Below, piece by piece: positions 42,167 to 54,885 of a stretch of 64,000 nucleotides of DNA. Where the stretch lies: the NCBI RefSeq assembly GCF_006345805.1, contig NC_042997.1:196292001-196356000 (forward strand), written 5' to 3'. The notes under the pieces are model-generated. The model made no database searches. It had not been told where the DNA came from and saw only the letters and a list, made by a program, of their open reading frames with translations. The translations under genes were made by a program, and so were the position numbers. Numbering within the stretch: position 1 is the first letter of the stretch; each line of letters opens with the position of its first letter. Source of the stretch: Octopus sinensis (lineage: Eukaryota).

Positions 42167-42402
42167 ATACCTGATCTGATCAACAGGTTCCCGGACTGTT
42201 GACATAGTAACGAAGCTAAAGCTGCTTGGCTCAGATTGACCTTGAACTCTGCTGTGCATGCGCACTAAGTTTTAGCGTTCTAGCTCACTTCCGCTATGCA
42301 CAACAGAGTTGAAGGTCAATCTTTGCGAATCTCTTTTACTCTGCGTGCTTTAGCTTCGTACCAAAGCAGCAGCCCGAATACTTATTGATCAGACGTCGTG
42401 TA
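42167..42402. mobile_element. MITE-like foldback element with a near-perfect central hairpin at 42233-42322
   Basis: Nested inverted pairs are TCTGATCAA/TTGATCAGA, ACGAAGCTAAAGC/GCTTTAGCTTCGT and a 27-bp stem matching at 25 of 27 positions. Confidence 0.7.
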
Positions 42403-42544
42403 TGTAGACAGAGTAGTTTATATATTGATCTGTTTAATTTGATTATCCCTACATTGATTTATATACCCGCTCATGTTTAAATCTCTTGAGCACTGCAAAG
42501 TGTATTCTATATGGAGGAGAGTACCTGGATCTCATCTATGAACT

Positions 42545-42965
42545 ACGTATGTATGTTTGTATGTATATACGTATGTATGTATGTATGTATGTATGTATGT
42601 ATGTATGTATGTATGTGCGCGTTTGTGTATTGTATGTATGTATTGTATGTGTGTATGTATATATGTGTGTATTGTATGTATGTATGTGTGTGTATTATAG
42701 TGTATGTATCTACGCAGATATTGTATGTATTGTATGCGTGTATGTATTGTATGCACGTATATATTTATGTATGTATCTGTGTATGTGTGTATTATATGTA
42801 TGTATGTATTGTATTTATGTGTGTGTATATTGTATGCCTTTTTGTATGTATGTATGTATGTGTGTGTATTGTATGTATGTATGTGTGTATATATGTATGT
42901 GTGTATGTATTGTATGTATGAATGCATCTATGCATCTATGTATGTAGGTATGTATGTATATATGT
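42545..42965. repeat. Imperfect (TATG)n tract
   Basis: Read directly. Confidence 0.9.
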
Positions 42966-43479
42966 ATATACGGATCCATTCATGGAAACAATATGAATTT
43001 AAATTCGGTTGTAAGAAGCATATGTACTTCATATTAACCTCACGAAGCATATGTACATCATATTAACTTGACGAACCCAGAGTCACATCAGGGAAAAATA
43101 AACCTACCATAGTTCTCTGAGGTACACTGTACGTGAATGATTTATCACTAACGTTTTGAATACAAGTAACATGCGAACAGTTTGAAGATATCTTGATTGA
43201 GATAACTACTTCTAATACATATCTGAATTATACTTACATTGCAAATCACCAGAAGACAGAAGTATATTGAATGAAACCATTTCAATAGGCCGCTTTTGTT
43301 ACCGTTTCCAATATAGTTATAAATGTATTAAAATTTGGCTTCGTAGTACTAAAGAAGAGAGATAAATAGTAGAAGCAATAAAGCAGTCTTAATAAAATGT
43401 AGTTTTGGATTCAGTCTATTATTCTTCTATTTCTTTCTGTTATCGTACTGCCTTGAGTTTAGCTGATGAAAACAATAAA

Positions 43480-43536
<57 letters not shown>

Positions 43537-43715
43537 CGAAGGTATGCTTGTGTGGTTAAAAACCTCAATTCACAGCCATGTTGTTGCGGTTCTCTCCCAC
43601 TGCAAGACATGTTCGGAAGGTGACCCCTGCAATAGCCTCGAGCCGATTAATGCCAGAGAAGTTAGTGTGGTAAATGGAAATTGAGTAGCATTGGTATATA
43701 TATATATATATTTAA

Positions 43716-43826
43716 AATTGAGGATAAAATCTTTATAAGAAATTATCAGTAGTAGCGTGCGGTATCTATGAATAGTAGTACCCTCTATATAATATATATA
43801 TATATATATTATATATATATATATAT

Positions 43827-43862
<36 letters not shown>

Positions 43863-43870
43863 TAGCTAGC

Positions 43871-43961
<91 letters not shown>

Positions 43962-43962
43962 G

Positions 43963-44035
<73 letters not shown>

Positions 44036-45229
44036 CAGTTGCAGATGCAGGGATGCTGCCCTAGTTGTCCAGGCAACACCCTTTCTAGCCGAGCCGACAG
44101 CAAAACAATCGGGACCAAGGTTTTTCGGGGAACAGTTTCATATGCATATGGTCTGCTACAACAAATGGGTCCGTTTGTTAAGAATTGCAATTCCCACCTT
44201 ATATAGTATTTTATTTTTGGAAAGTTTTGGGCAAACCCCATCCTACCCCCCAAAAAAATTTTGGATCCTTCCCCTTGTATATATCTTTGCTAGCGTGTGT
44301 GTGTGTGCGTCCCTATATTTGTGTTTGTCTCCTCGACGGATTTTGCTGGTGCTACATCGGTTGCAGCCCCTAACTTCTAACTTCGCGATTCAGTGAGAAA
44401 AAAGTGAGATTGCAGAACACTTCGGAAAAAAAAAAAACTACATACTTATACATTATAATTTTCAAATCCAACGCGCAAGCGCAGTTACATTCGGCAGCAA
44501 ATAATATAAAAAATTTAAAAATTTTTACCAGAAAGGCTTTGAAGCTACGAAACATTTACTGTGAAAATGATAAGGGTAGAAAATTTAGAAACATGTTCAT
44601 ACCCGTGGCTAACATGCGTAATAAAGTCAGTAGACAATATTTGTTCATATATAATAGTATTTATACACGAAAGAGGTATGTATGTATATATATATATATA
44701 TATATATATTATCCTCAATTTTATCCTCAATTGTTAATTTATATTTTTCACCGGAATAGTTCAATACTGAATTTTTATTCCAACTAGACAATTGTCACCG
44801 AAATGCATTGCGAATAAGCCCGCCATTTTCATAGATATGTAAAGATAAACATTCGTACATGCTACGACGAATTCTATGTGGCTATCGAGCTGTTGTAATG
44901 TTATGTTTTCTCTCTTATATTTCTTGAGTTTGTTGCACTGATGAACATGAAAGCATATTCTGCATTAAATGCGAAATCACATGTGATATGTAACTGAATT
45001 CTTTTTTAAAATGATGTGTTTTGAAGTTTTGCATTCGGTAAAATTTTGTGTATTTCTAGTAGTTTTGACCGCATTGGTCCCTCTTAGCGTGTTGGTATCT
45101 ACGTATAGTAGTACCCTAAATATAATATAAATGAATATTTTCAAAGAGGAAGAATTTACGGATTTTTTCTCTTACGAGGTTTTTCACGCTGACTACTGAT
45201 AATTTCTTTTAAAGATTTTATCCTCAATT
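43716..45229. repeat. Segment of about 1.5 kb bounded by inverted repeats of about 45 bp (43716-43763 and 45185-45229), containing (GATA)n, SINE pieces and a hammerhead
   Basis: AATTGAGGATAAAATCTTTATAAGAAATTATCAGTAGTAGCGTG pairs with CACGCTGACTACTGATAATTTCTTTTAAAGATTTTATCCTCAATT. Confidence 0.65.
44932..44994 (+). ncRNA. Type I hammerhead motif with a 12-nt palindromic helix III
   Basis: GTTGCA-CTGATGA-ACAT..20 nt..ATGC-GAAA-TCACATGTGAT-A-TGTAAC. Helix I is 6 bp, the triplet is AUA, and 10.1-11.1 is an A.C mismatch. Confidence 0.65.
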
Positions 45230-45360
45230 GTTAATTAATATATATATATATATATATTAATATATATATATATATATATATATATTCAGATCAATATGGT
45301 TCTTAAGTCAAAAGCACCAGTATTTTGTATAGTATTATCCATATAAATCCATGGGGTGAT

Positions 45361-45605
45361 TATAATCAAAATAAGCAACATGTATATCCGAGGTCATGTG
45401 GTACATTCATTTCATGCTACTTCATTTTATTAAACACTGTAAGTATTACATCAGTTTTAAATTGTCGAACAATCTTCTGTCTATAAGTGGCTGAAGATTG
45501 CTCGACATTTTAAAAGTGATGTAATACTCACAGTGTTTAATAAAATGAAGTAGCATGAAACGATTGTACCACATGGCCTCGGATATACTTGTTGCTTATT
45601 TTGAC

Positions 45606-45609
<4 letters not shown>
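45361..45609. repeat. Imperfect palindrome of about 250 bp (arms 45361-45477 and 45493-45609)
   Basis: The arms are complementary around a 15-nt spacer. Confidence 0.9.
45487..45572 (+). ncRNA. Type I hammerhead motif in the right arm of the palindrome
   Basis: GTGG-CTGAAGA-TTGCT..49 nt..AGCAT-GAAA-CGATTGT-A-CCAC. The triplet is GUA and 10.1-11.1 is a U.U mismatch. Confidence 0.6.
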
Positions 45610-45673
<64 letters not shown>

Positions 45674-45909
45674 TAATAAAATAGGGTAATAATAAATTAT
45701 TATTACCAGTAGCCTAGCACAAAAAGCGAATTAGTCATTAGACTATATATTATTCATATAGACATAAAATAAGAGGCTTCCAAATAGGAAAGCGTTGTGC
45801 TAGAACACAAAAAAGATAAATTCACGAAAGAAATGAAAATTAAAAACATTTACCATCTCAACTATTTCCCAGACCGACGGTTTCTGCCTATTTCCAGCAA
45901 ATAAGTATT

Positions 45910-45984
<75 letters not shown>

Positions 45985-46199
45985 CCATGTTGATTCGCTA
46001 GCCTCTGCACGCATTTTTTTCTCTCCTTTTTTTTCCCTCCTTGTTTCTTTCTGTGTTTCTTTTCTGTGTATCTTTCTGTTGAAGAGCGTAGACTCGAAAC
46101 GTAAAAGACTTTTTTATTTATATTCCTGAGCGCCATACTAGTACCATCGTTATTTGTATTCCACCTGCCTTCGCCTTTTGTTATTTTCATAAAGCTTCC

Positions 46200-46200
<1 letters not shown>
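45985..46200 (+). mobile_element. Diverged relative of the 33955-36885 repeat, with a hammerhead-like core at 46071-46108
   Basis: TCTTT-CTGTTGA-A-GAG(CGTAGA)CTC-GAAA-CGT-A-AAAGA. A6 is mutated. Confidence 0.6.
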
Positions 46201-46260
<60 letters not shown>

Positions 46261-47312
46261 ATACAAACATTGGGCTTCCGTGCAGGTTAAGTATATCAGA
46301 TTCTCTTACTAGGTACTGTTCGTCGAAGGGTTATAGAAGACACCATATGTGACATGTTATAGAACTGAACTCGAAACCACAAGATAGGTGTTATTGTTGT
46401 TGTTGTTGTTATTGTTGTCGCGACACTCTAAGGTTTCTAATAATCTAATGCTTTTAGTTGTTATCATATTATGAGATATTAGATATCACCAAAAACATGA
46501 AGACGCAACGAGATAAAAATAAAGCTAATAATCCAATAAATTTGGTGTGATTGGAAACTGAATTACGGACGACATACAGCATGTGTGTGCGTATGTGTGT
46601 GTGTGTGTTGTGTGTATGTGTGTGTGTGTGTGTAGGAACTGATGTCTATGAATGGTAAGAAATTTGCTTTCCAGACACATGATTCCGAGTCCAGACCCAC
46701 TTTGTGGCACCTCGGGCAAGTGTCTTCTACATTTGGTAGATGGAACAGGGAAGAAACCCAAAGTGTTTGTGTGAGTGTGTGTGTGTGTGTGTGTGTGCGA
46801 GGGTGTGAGTGTGTGTGTGTGTGCGAGGGTGTGAGTGTGTGTGCTTGCATGCGTATATGTGTTTTTGTGTGATTGTGTATGCCTGTGCTTGTCTCGGTGT
46901 TCCTGTGTTTACAAACACACCAACACCGGTAACTTAGCGGATCCTCGAACGTAGCGTTTCGGCAAAAGTACACCGATAGAAATAGTACCTCGCGCTAAAA
47001 AATGATATATACTGTAATATACTTTTTCTACAAAAATTGTTCAAGGCGGTGCCCCAGCATGGTGGCAATATAATAACCGAAGCAAATAAATGCTATATAT
47101 ATATACGTGAATTAAACAACGACTGCTATCACCCACTGTGGGTCATTTTCGGGGCAGCAGCGCAGCTGACCATTCAACATTCTACTGTCATGGCACTCCA
47201 GCATTCTTCTTCTTCTTCTTCTTCTTCTTCTTCTTCTTCTTCTTCTCCTCCTCCTCCTTCGTCTTCTTTTTCTTCTCCTTCTTCTCTGCCAAGAATTCAC
47301 AACGACCTCGAA

Positions 47313-47620
47313 CCCACAAGAGTAAACAAGAGAGACAGAGGCAGGCAGAAACAAGGAAAATACCACATGTATTTGCAGTTTCGCACTGGGGTCGATGTAA
47401 TCGACCTAATCCGTTTGTCTGTCCTTGTTTGTCCCCACTGTGTTTAGCCCCTTGTGGGCAGTAAAGAAACATATACAAATATTCTTTTAAAAAAACTTTC
47501 CTTTTAATTTTCTGAATTTAATTGTTTAATTGTTACAGTTGAAAAAGTCTCAATGACTGGAACCGGCACTGAAATGTTTTTTATAAAATTATTTTAGCAT
47601 TTTCTATCTTGACTTTTTTT
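47313..47620 (+). mobile_element. Second copy of the 2617-2845 repeat with a U3:A8 hammerhead at 47533-47575 and a nested SINE type 3 tail at about 47389-47468
   Basis: TTACAG-TTGAAAA-AGTC(TCAAT)GACT-GGAA-CCGGC-A-CTGAAA. Confidence 0.7.
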
Positions 47621-47621
47621 T

Positions 47622-47698
<77 letters not shown>

Positions 47699-47703
47699 TT
47701 ATT

Positions 47704-48082
47704 ATTATTATTATTATATGTAGAAAAATACAAACTGGGACAAGAACGTAAAACATTTAGAAGACGATACAAAAAACACGGACGGGACATTCAAAGCCTT
47801 CAATCTTCAGTCAAGAACCGGATCATCGTAGCAATTTCGGCTGATTAATCTTGAGATGGCTCCGATCCGGTCAGCCCCAAGGTAAAACTAAGCTACGAGC
47901 ATTAGATTTCTTGGAAGAAGAATCGAATGTCTCAAGATTAATCAGCCGAAATTGCTACGATGATCCGGTTCTTGACTGAAGATTGAAGGCTTCGAATGTC
48001 TCGTCCGTGTTTTTTGTATCGTCTTCTAAATGTTTTACGTTCTTGTCCCAGTTTGTATTTTTCTACATATAATAATAATAAT
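47704..48082. repeat. Near-perfect inverted repeat with arms of about 153 bp (47704-47856 and 47930-48082)
   Basis: Only a few mismatches separate the arms, which end in (ATT)n and (AAT)n. Confidence 0.95.
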
Positions 48083-48610
48083 ATATATATTGCGACGTCC
48101 GTACCCTCGTTGGTACTTATGTAAGTACATATTCCTATGTATATGAGAATTTTTTGCGTAATAAGATAAAAAAAATAAGGCTGTATAGATATTAGAGCAT
48201 TTATAGATAGAAGGTCTTACAGCTGTTTCTAGGATATTTATTAATAATATCCTTTCATCGAAGACGGTGTGAGAGGAAAAATTAAGCCATAGTTGGTTTC
48301 GATGTGATACGAAATAGAGAATGAGGTGGAGGAAAGAAAATAGATGTAATATATGTGTGGATATTGAATTTGTAAATCTGTTTTATAGACATAATGGTAT
48401 ATATGCAATATTCCAATGTCCTTTGTGTAAAATCCAAAATTCCAACAGAGTTTAATATGAGTCCTTCTAAATATAGAGTTTATAAGCAATGTAAAATTCC
48501 CTTATGCGTGAGATCCTGCAGATTTTTAAAAACTTGGTCATTCCTAGTAGAGAATTTATACTTGAATAATGATAAATCTCAGAGCGAGTTATAAACAGTA
48601 GCGGCAACAC

Positions 48611-48870
48611 ATCGTGACGTATATTTGCCATTTGAATATGGCTAAACCCTAAGTTTGTAGCCCCAGGAAGACACCTCCTCCAGCTGGCTATAGACACACT
48701 TTCTGCGCCCTATCAGTATTTGATAGGGCACTGATAGGCACAGAATACTGATAGGGCACAGAAAGTGTGTCTATAGCCAGCTGGAGGAGGTGTCTTCCTG
48801 GGGCTACAAACTACAGTAGCATCCAACCTTAGGGGTTAGCCATATTCAAATGGCAAATATACGTCACGAT
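48611..48870. repeat. Palindrome with arms of about 110 bp whose spacer is made of extra TGATAGGGCAC copies
   Basis: 48611-48720 pairs with 48745-48870. The right arm has an insertion of about 17 nt. Confidence 0.9.
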
Positions 48871-49130
48871 TTATACTTGATTGTATCGAAATGACGATTC
48901 AATGTCAACTTCGTACCATTAGATAAATGAGTTTATACCTAGGTCCATAATTGTATATGCTCTAATACGTATCTTTCAGCAGCGACTATCATCGGGGAAA
49001 ATGAGATAAACCAGTCGAGATGAATTGTTAAATACTAGGAAACAAGTCTTTTCTATCCTCACTTCAAAATGATGAGACTAAACCCAACATGGATGATGTG
49101 ACTCTGTATATATTTATACATTTATATGGC

Positions 49131-49695
49131 GCGAGCTGGCAGAAACGTTAGCACGTCGGGTGATATGCGTAGTCGTATTTCGTACGCCGTTACGTTGTGA
49201 GTTCAAATTCCGCCGAGGTCGACTTTGCCTTTCATCCTTTCGGGGTCGATTAAATAAGTACCAGTTACGCACTGGGGTCGATATAATCGATTTAATCCGC
49301 TTGTCTGTCCTTGTTTGTCCTCTCTGTGTTTAGCCCCTTGTGGGCAGTAAAGAAATAGGCATTACGCCAGTCGCTACGTTCTGAGTTCAAATTCCGCCGA
49401 GGTTGACTTTGCTTTTCATCCTTTCGGGGTCGGTATAATCGACGTAATCCGTTTGTCTGTCCGTGTTTGTCTTCTCTGTGTTTAGCCCCTTGTGGGTATT
49501 AAAGAAATAGGTATTTCGTTTGCCGCTACGTTCTGAGTTCAAATTCCGCCGAGGTTGACTTTGCTTTTCATCCTTTCGGGGTCGATTAAATAAGTACCAG
49601 TTACGCACTGGGGTCGATATAATCGACTTAATCCGTTTGTCTGCCCTTGTTTGTGTTCTCTGTGTTTAGCCCCTTGTAGGTAGTAAAGAAATATA
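49131..49695 (+). mobile_element. SINE type 3 multimer (one head and three tandem bodies)
   Basis: The body GTTCTGAGTTCAAATTCCGCCGAGG..GTAAAGAAATA recurs three times. Confidence 0.9.
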
Positions 49696-50474
49696 TATTT
49701 ATACATTTATAACCCACGCTTTATTTGTATTTTCGTAACTAATGTGATACGAAAAGATGTCAAGTGACACGCCATTATTCCCCCAGAAACAGGATCAGTT
49801 CATTTCCTGGTCTACAATTACATATATTAAAGTGTTTCCCTCGGCCACTACTTTCACAGATACTTTTACCAGTGAGCTTTTTTTTCTCTGACAGAGATTC
49901 TATTGCATATAAATGAACACGTATTGTTATTTTTCCAATTTTTGCTTTTCATTTTTATTTAGCTTTCAATAACCGCTAGCGTCAATATTACAGGCTATAT
50001 GTCGCGCAAAACTTGCCAAAATGTCATCAATAAAGTCTGATGCAAGAACTATTTAAAGTAACAGCTAATAAAAAAAAAAGAAGTAAAACAGCAAATAACA
50101 AATGTAAACCGAAAACGATGTTTGCTGACGGCTACCATATTGAGAAGGAGATTTATATGCATTCATTAGCGTATTATGTATTTTCTAACATCAATGCTGA
50201 CAGCTAGCCTTCGGTCTCTAGAACTTGGACACTTGTAGATCACTTGTCAGACGTAATGTATCTAATGTCTAGCATTGAGACAATTGGTATCTTAAAGATT
50301 CACGATTCAAAGTTTGTAGACTTTTAAAGTAATTAGAGGTACATCACTATATTTCGATACACTGTTATTTAGCAGGTCTTTACTCTGATATAAATCTATG
50401 TTAATTTCTAACATTGGCGCATGTCGTTAAAGTTGAGTGAGGCGTGTAAACATCCATAGAAAATTCTTATTTCT

Positions 50475-51063
50475 TCATTGCCCACAAGGGGCTAAACATA
50501 GAGGGGACAAACAAGGACAGACAAACGGATTAAGTCGATTATATCGACCCCAGTGTGTAACTGGTACTTATTTAATCGACCCCGAAAGGATGAAAGGCAA
50601 AGTCGACCTCGGCGGAATTTGAACTCAGTACGTAACGGCAGACGAAATACCTATTTCTTTACTACCCACAAGGAGCTAAACACAGAGGAGATAAACAAGG
50701 ACAGACAGACGGATTAAGTCGATTATATCGACCCCAGTGCGTAACTGGTACTTATTTAATCGATCCCGAAAGGATGAAAGGCTAAATCAAGCTCGGCGGA
50801 ATTTGAACTCAGAACGTAGCGGCAGACGAAATACCTATTTCTTTACTACCCACAAGGAGCTAAACACAGAGGAGACAAACAAGGACAGACAGACGGATTA
50901 AGTCGATTATATCGACCCCAGTCCGTAACTGGTACTTATTTAATCGACCCCTAAAAGATGAAAGGCAAAGTCGACCTCGGCAGAATTTGAACTCAGAACA
51001 TTGCGACAGACGAAATACCGCTAAGTATTTCGCCTGACGTGCAAGCGCTTCTTCCAGCTCGCC
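50475..51063 (-). mobile_element. SINE type 3 multimer (three tandem bodies, period about 184 bp)
   Basis: Units begin at about 50475, 50651 and 50835. The head GGCGAGCTGG lies at about 51063. Confidence 0.9.
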
Positions 51064-51639
51064 ACCCATAGAAATTCAAACACTTGATAACTGTATTGCT
51101 AACGAACATATCTTTTATTTTATCTTTCTTTGTCTTTCTATCGGCACGAGCTGGATTCCGACTCAGGGCGCTTGCACTTGCCAATAGCCATCTCCGCCCT
51201 AATAGCAGTGAACAGGAATGTCGCCCGAGAGTAGAGGACGCCGGAACACTTCACTACCACAGGCTCGGCCACAAACCTGTCAGAGCGACCGATGCTTTGA
51301 CAGTTCGTGCTTCTTGACCTGGCGAGCAATGGAGCCTGGACTGGTTGCTAAATACACCAAATTGCCGCTGGAGAAGGTGTCCCAGCATCCCAAATAAGGA
51401 GATTACTACCTCGGAACGGGAAACTAGTTATATTCCATAAGCGAACTTGTATTTAATGGTATACGTTATATTTACATAGAGTTTATATATCGTTGGATAT
51501 ACTTAGTTTCATGTAAGCTTAAGAACATAATACAATTAGATTTAAAAGGAGGAAGAGTGGAACAATATTTAGGTATCCCTTCCAAAAATGATGAAATTGG
51601 TCTGTGTGATTGAGGTTTAGTTTGAAGTTCTGCACATCA

Positions 51640-52015
51640 ACTAGTGAACCAACCACATAGTTCCGGGTTCAGTCCTACTGCGTGACACCTTGGGCAAGTG
51701 TCTTCTACTATAGCCTCAGGGCCGAGCAAAACCTTGTGAGTGGATTTGGTAGGTGGAAACTGAAAGAAACCCGTATATATATATGTGTGTGTGTGTGTAT
51801 GTGTGTGTGTGTGTGTGTGTGTGTTTGTGTATCTGTGTTTGTCCCCCCAACATCGCTTGACAACCGATGCTGGTATGTTTACGGCCCAGTCACTTATCGG
51901 TTCGGTAAAAGAAACCGATACAATAATAACTGGGTTTACAAAGAGTAAGTCCTAGGGTCGCTTTGCTCGGCTAAAGGTGGTGCTCCAGCATGGCCGCAGT
52001 CAAACAACACTGAAA
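51640..52015 (+). mobile_element. SINE type 2
   Basis: Aligns with 13938-14312. Confidence 0.8.
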
Positions 52016-54007
52016 TAGATATAAGTAAAAGTATATATATGAAAGCATGTATTTGTGTTTGTGTGTGAGTGTGTGGGTGCGTGAATGTGTGTAAACGTGT
52101 GTATGTATAACGTATGCGTTATACAATACTAAAGAAACAAGGAATTGAAACTTAACCCCAGCTCCTTCCTCTGGGACAGGTAGCTATACGAACAATCTTT
52201 GTCGAACAGGTATGAGAGCAGAAAATACAGATCAACAAAGCAGGCTTAAGTAATAATTTGACATAGAAAGTTGCGTCTAAAGGTAATGAATAAATTCTTA
52301 TGTAATGAATAAATTCTTATCTTTACATACACCACTGTGGAGATATATACATGAATATAAATGGTTATGACTGGGTCATAACTATGTATGTTATTTTATG
52401 TGGTCCAATAATATTGTTCGTGTATGAATCAGCACGGTTTATGCGAAATTCTTATTGCAAGATGATGTCCTTATTAGAAGATTCTGGTAACTAAATCAGT
52501 TATGAATATTGTTAAGTTCAAAAGGAAAAAGGAGACAAGAATCGTAGAGTGAGGATTAAGTAAGAAAACTACAGGAAAATATTGGATTGAGTGAGAAGTG
52601 GTGGGGTTGGTGGGGTTGCTGAGGTGGAGTTGGTTATTAAAAGACGTTGGTTAATGGCACCAAGAAAAGAGAAATAAAATTGGAAATAATATTAAAAATT
52701 ACGGAAATTGTAAACGGAAACCAGATCAAATGCTGGTCGGTATCTAGCAAAGAAGAAATTAAGAGTGTGAAAAAATAGTAATGGGTGGTTAATTCCATAG
52801 ATATAAGCAGACGCATGGTATACAACAAATAAAAAAAAAGGGGCAAAAGAGGGAGATAAGAGACGAAGAAAATAAAGATAAAACTTATAAGATGCTAACG
52901 GGATGTAGAAGGACATTGTAAAGTGTTGTCTGTTGCATCGAAAGCAAAGATAAATAAAAGCAGGGGAGGAATCCAGTAAATATAACGACGTGCAAGTCAG
53001 AAAGTGAAGGGAGTGGAAAACGCCGGCGGTAGAGAGCTGAAGACGAGAAAAAACCTTGATTATAGCTAAATATATCAGTAGAAAGAATACAATCGTTGAT
53101 GATGAAGTATTATAATGAAAGATAGCGTAGAAAGGGCGGCTTAATTAGTTCAGTCAGAGGATAATGGTTTATAGTAACAAGAGAAAGTTCTGTAATCTCT
53201 GCGATAGCATGAGTTAATTTCGTCTGAAAGGGCAATTGCTTTTGCTAGAGGTACTCTGAAAATGCATGCCATTGAGGGTTATGAAGAATGTATTATTAGC
53301 TGCTCCAGCATAGTTAGCGTGATTGTTAGTACTATCATTAGAATTATGAGTGATACGGTCATCGTTATTAGGATTGAGATAGTTAGGATAATTCATATTA
53401 TAATTATTGTTATTACTCATAGAGGTACCAAATTATTATAGTTGTCGTTAAAGGTATTCAAGCTTCGTGTATAATTGTACGCATTGTTGATTTTTCACAC
53501 TACCGTTCTTAATTGTAGCTTTAACCACAGAATAGATGTTGCTAAAATTATTAGTACCTTTATATTCTCCATTAAAAACTTGCTACCAGTTCAAATTAGC
53601 TTGAGGCGTATTCGAAACTGTAATAAATCCAATTACTGCATTTTGTCATTAATATAATTTCTCGCTGTAGACAAATAAGTCTAAACACACCAAGTCAGAT
53701 CGAACTGCTCCTTAATCAAACTGATGATGCACGCATTTCGGTGTTGTTATCTCCTCCTCAGCATTAGGTAACGGAAAGGGAAACGCGACGAACTGACAAC
53801 AGACACAGTTATCGTTCCATTAGGTATAAGAGATGCACTATAAAACTCCTATTCCATCACACCTAACCGTGGATCCATTATCGATACATCAAAGAGACGA
53901 AAACTCAGACCTCTACTAAAGTACCAGCTACGACATCTCTTGCAATTTTAGACACTAGTACTATTACCGCTACTAACACTACGACTACTATAACAACAAC
54001 AACCACA

Positions 54008-54047
<40 letters not shown>

Positions 54048-54059
54048 ATAATAATAATA

Positions 54060-54109
<50 letters not shown>

Positions 54110-54277
54110 CTTTCTACTAAAAGCAAAAGGCCTGAAATTTGGTGGAGGGGCAAGCTAATTACGTTGACCCCAGTGGTTCACTGGTACTTAATTTATCGAC
54201 CCCTAAATGATGAAAGGTAAAGTCGACCTCAGCGGAATTTGAACTCAGAACGTAAAGACAGAATAGTAATAAGAAGA

Positions 54278-54359
<82 letters not shown>

Positions 54360-54373
54360 TGATAATAATAATA

Positions 54374-54421
<48 letters not shown>

Positions 54422-54423
<2 letters not shown>

Positions 54424-54808
54424 TCTTGAAATAGAAATCAGCAAAATGTGAAACCTGAAGACTAAAACAATACCTGTTGTCATAGGTGCCCTGGGAATGA
54501 TAGCAAAAGGGGCTGATCGCTACCTAACTCAGATACCAGGAAACCCAAAAACGGCAGAAATTCAAAAGATAGTGCTCATGGGAACTGCCCATATCCTACG
54601 CAAAATACTTTCTATGTAATCTAGAGTTTTAAAAGAAACATAATTTTCTTTTTTTTTTTTGACATTCATTAGTACAACACTAAATACAAAACCAAATATA
54701 TGGCACACTAGGCATAACATTACGAACTTCCAACCCGTTGTCTCTTGAGGTCTCTGGGTGAGACTTGGAGCCAACTTGTGCAAATGTAAAGCAAAAATCA
54801 AACATAGA
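54422..54808 (+). mobile_element. Dong-like LINE copy 1 (short 3' fragment) inserted in (AAT)n
   Basis: It begins at the codons for DLEIEISKM directly after about 150 bp of (AAT)n, then continues through the 3' UTR to an (AAT)n tail. Confidence 0.9.
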
Positions 54809-54829
54809 ATAATAATAATAATAATAATA

Positions 54830-54879
<50 letters not shown>

Positions 54880-54885
54880 TAATAA

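Noticed and set aside
53719-53767. Minus-strand CTGAGGA-GGAG..CACC-GAAA-TGCGTGCAT-C core
   Set aside because: Helix I pairs only if the cleavage-site nucleotide is omitted. The case is ambiguous, so it is not counted.
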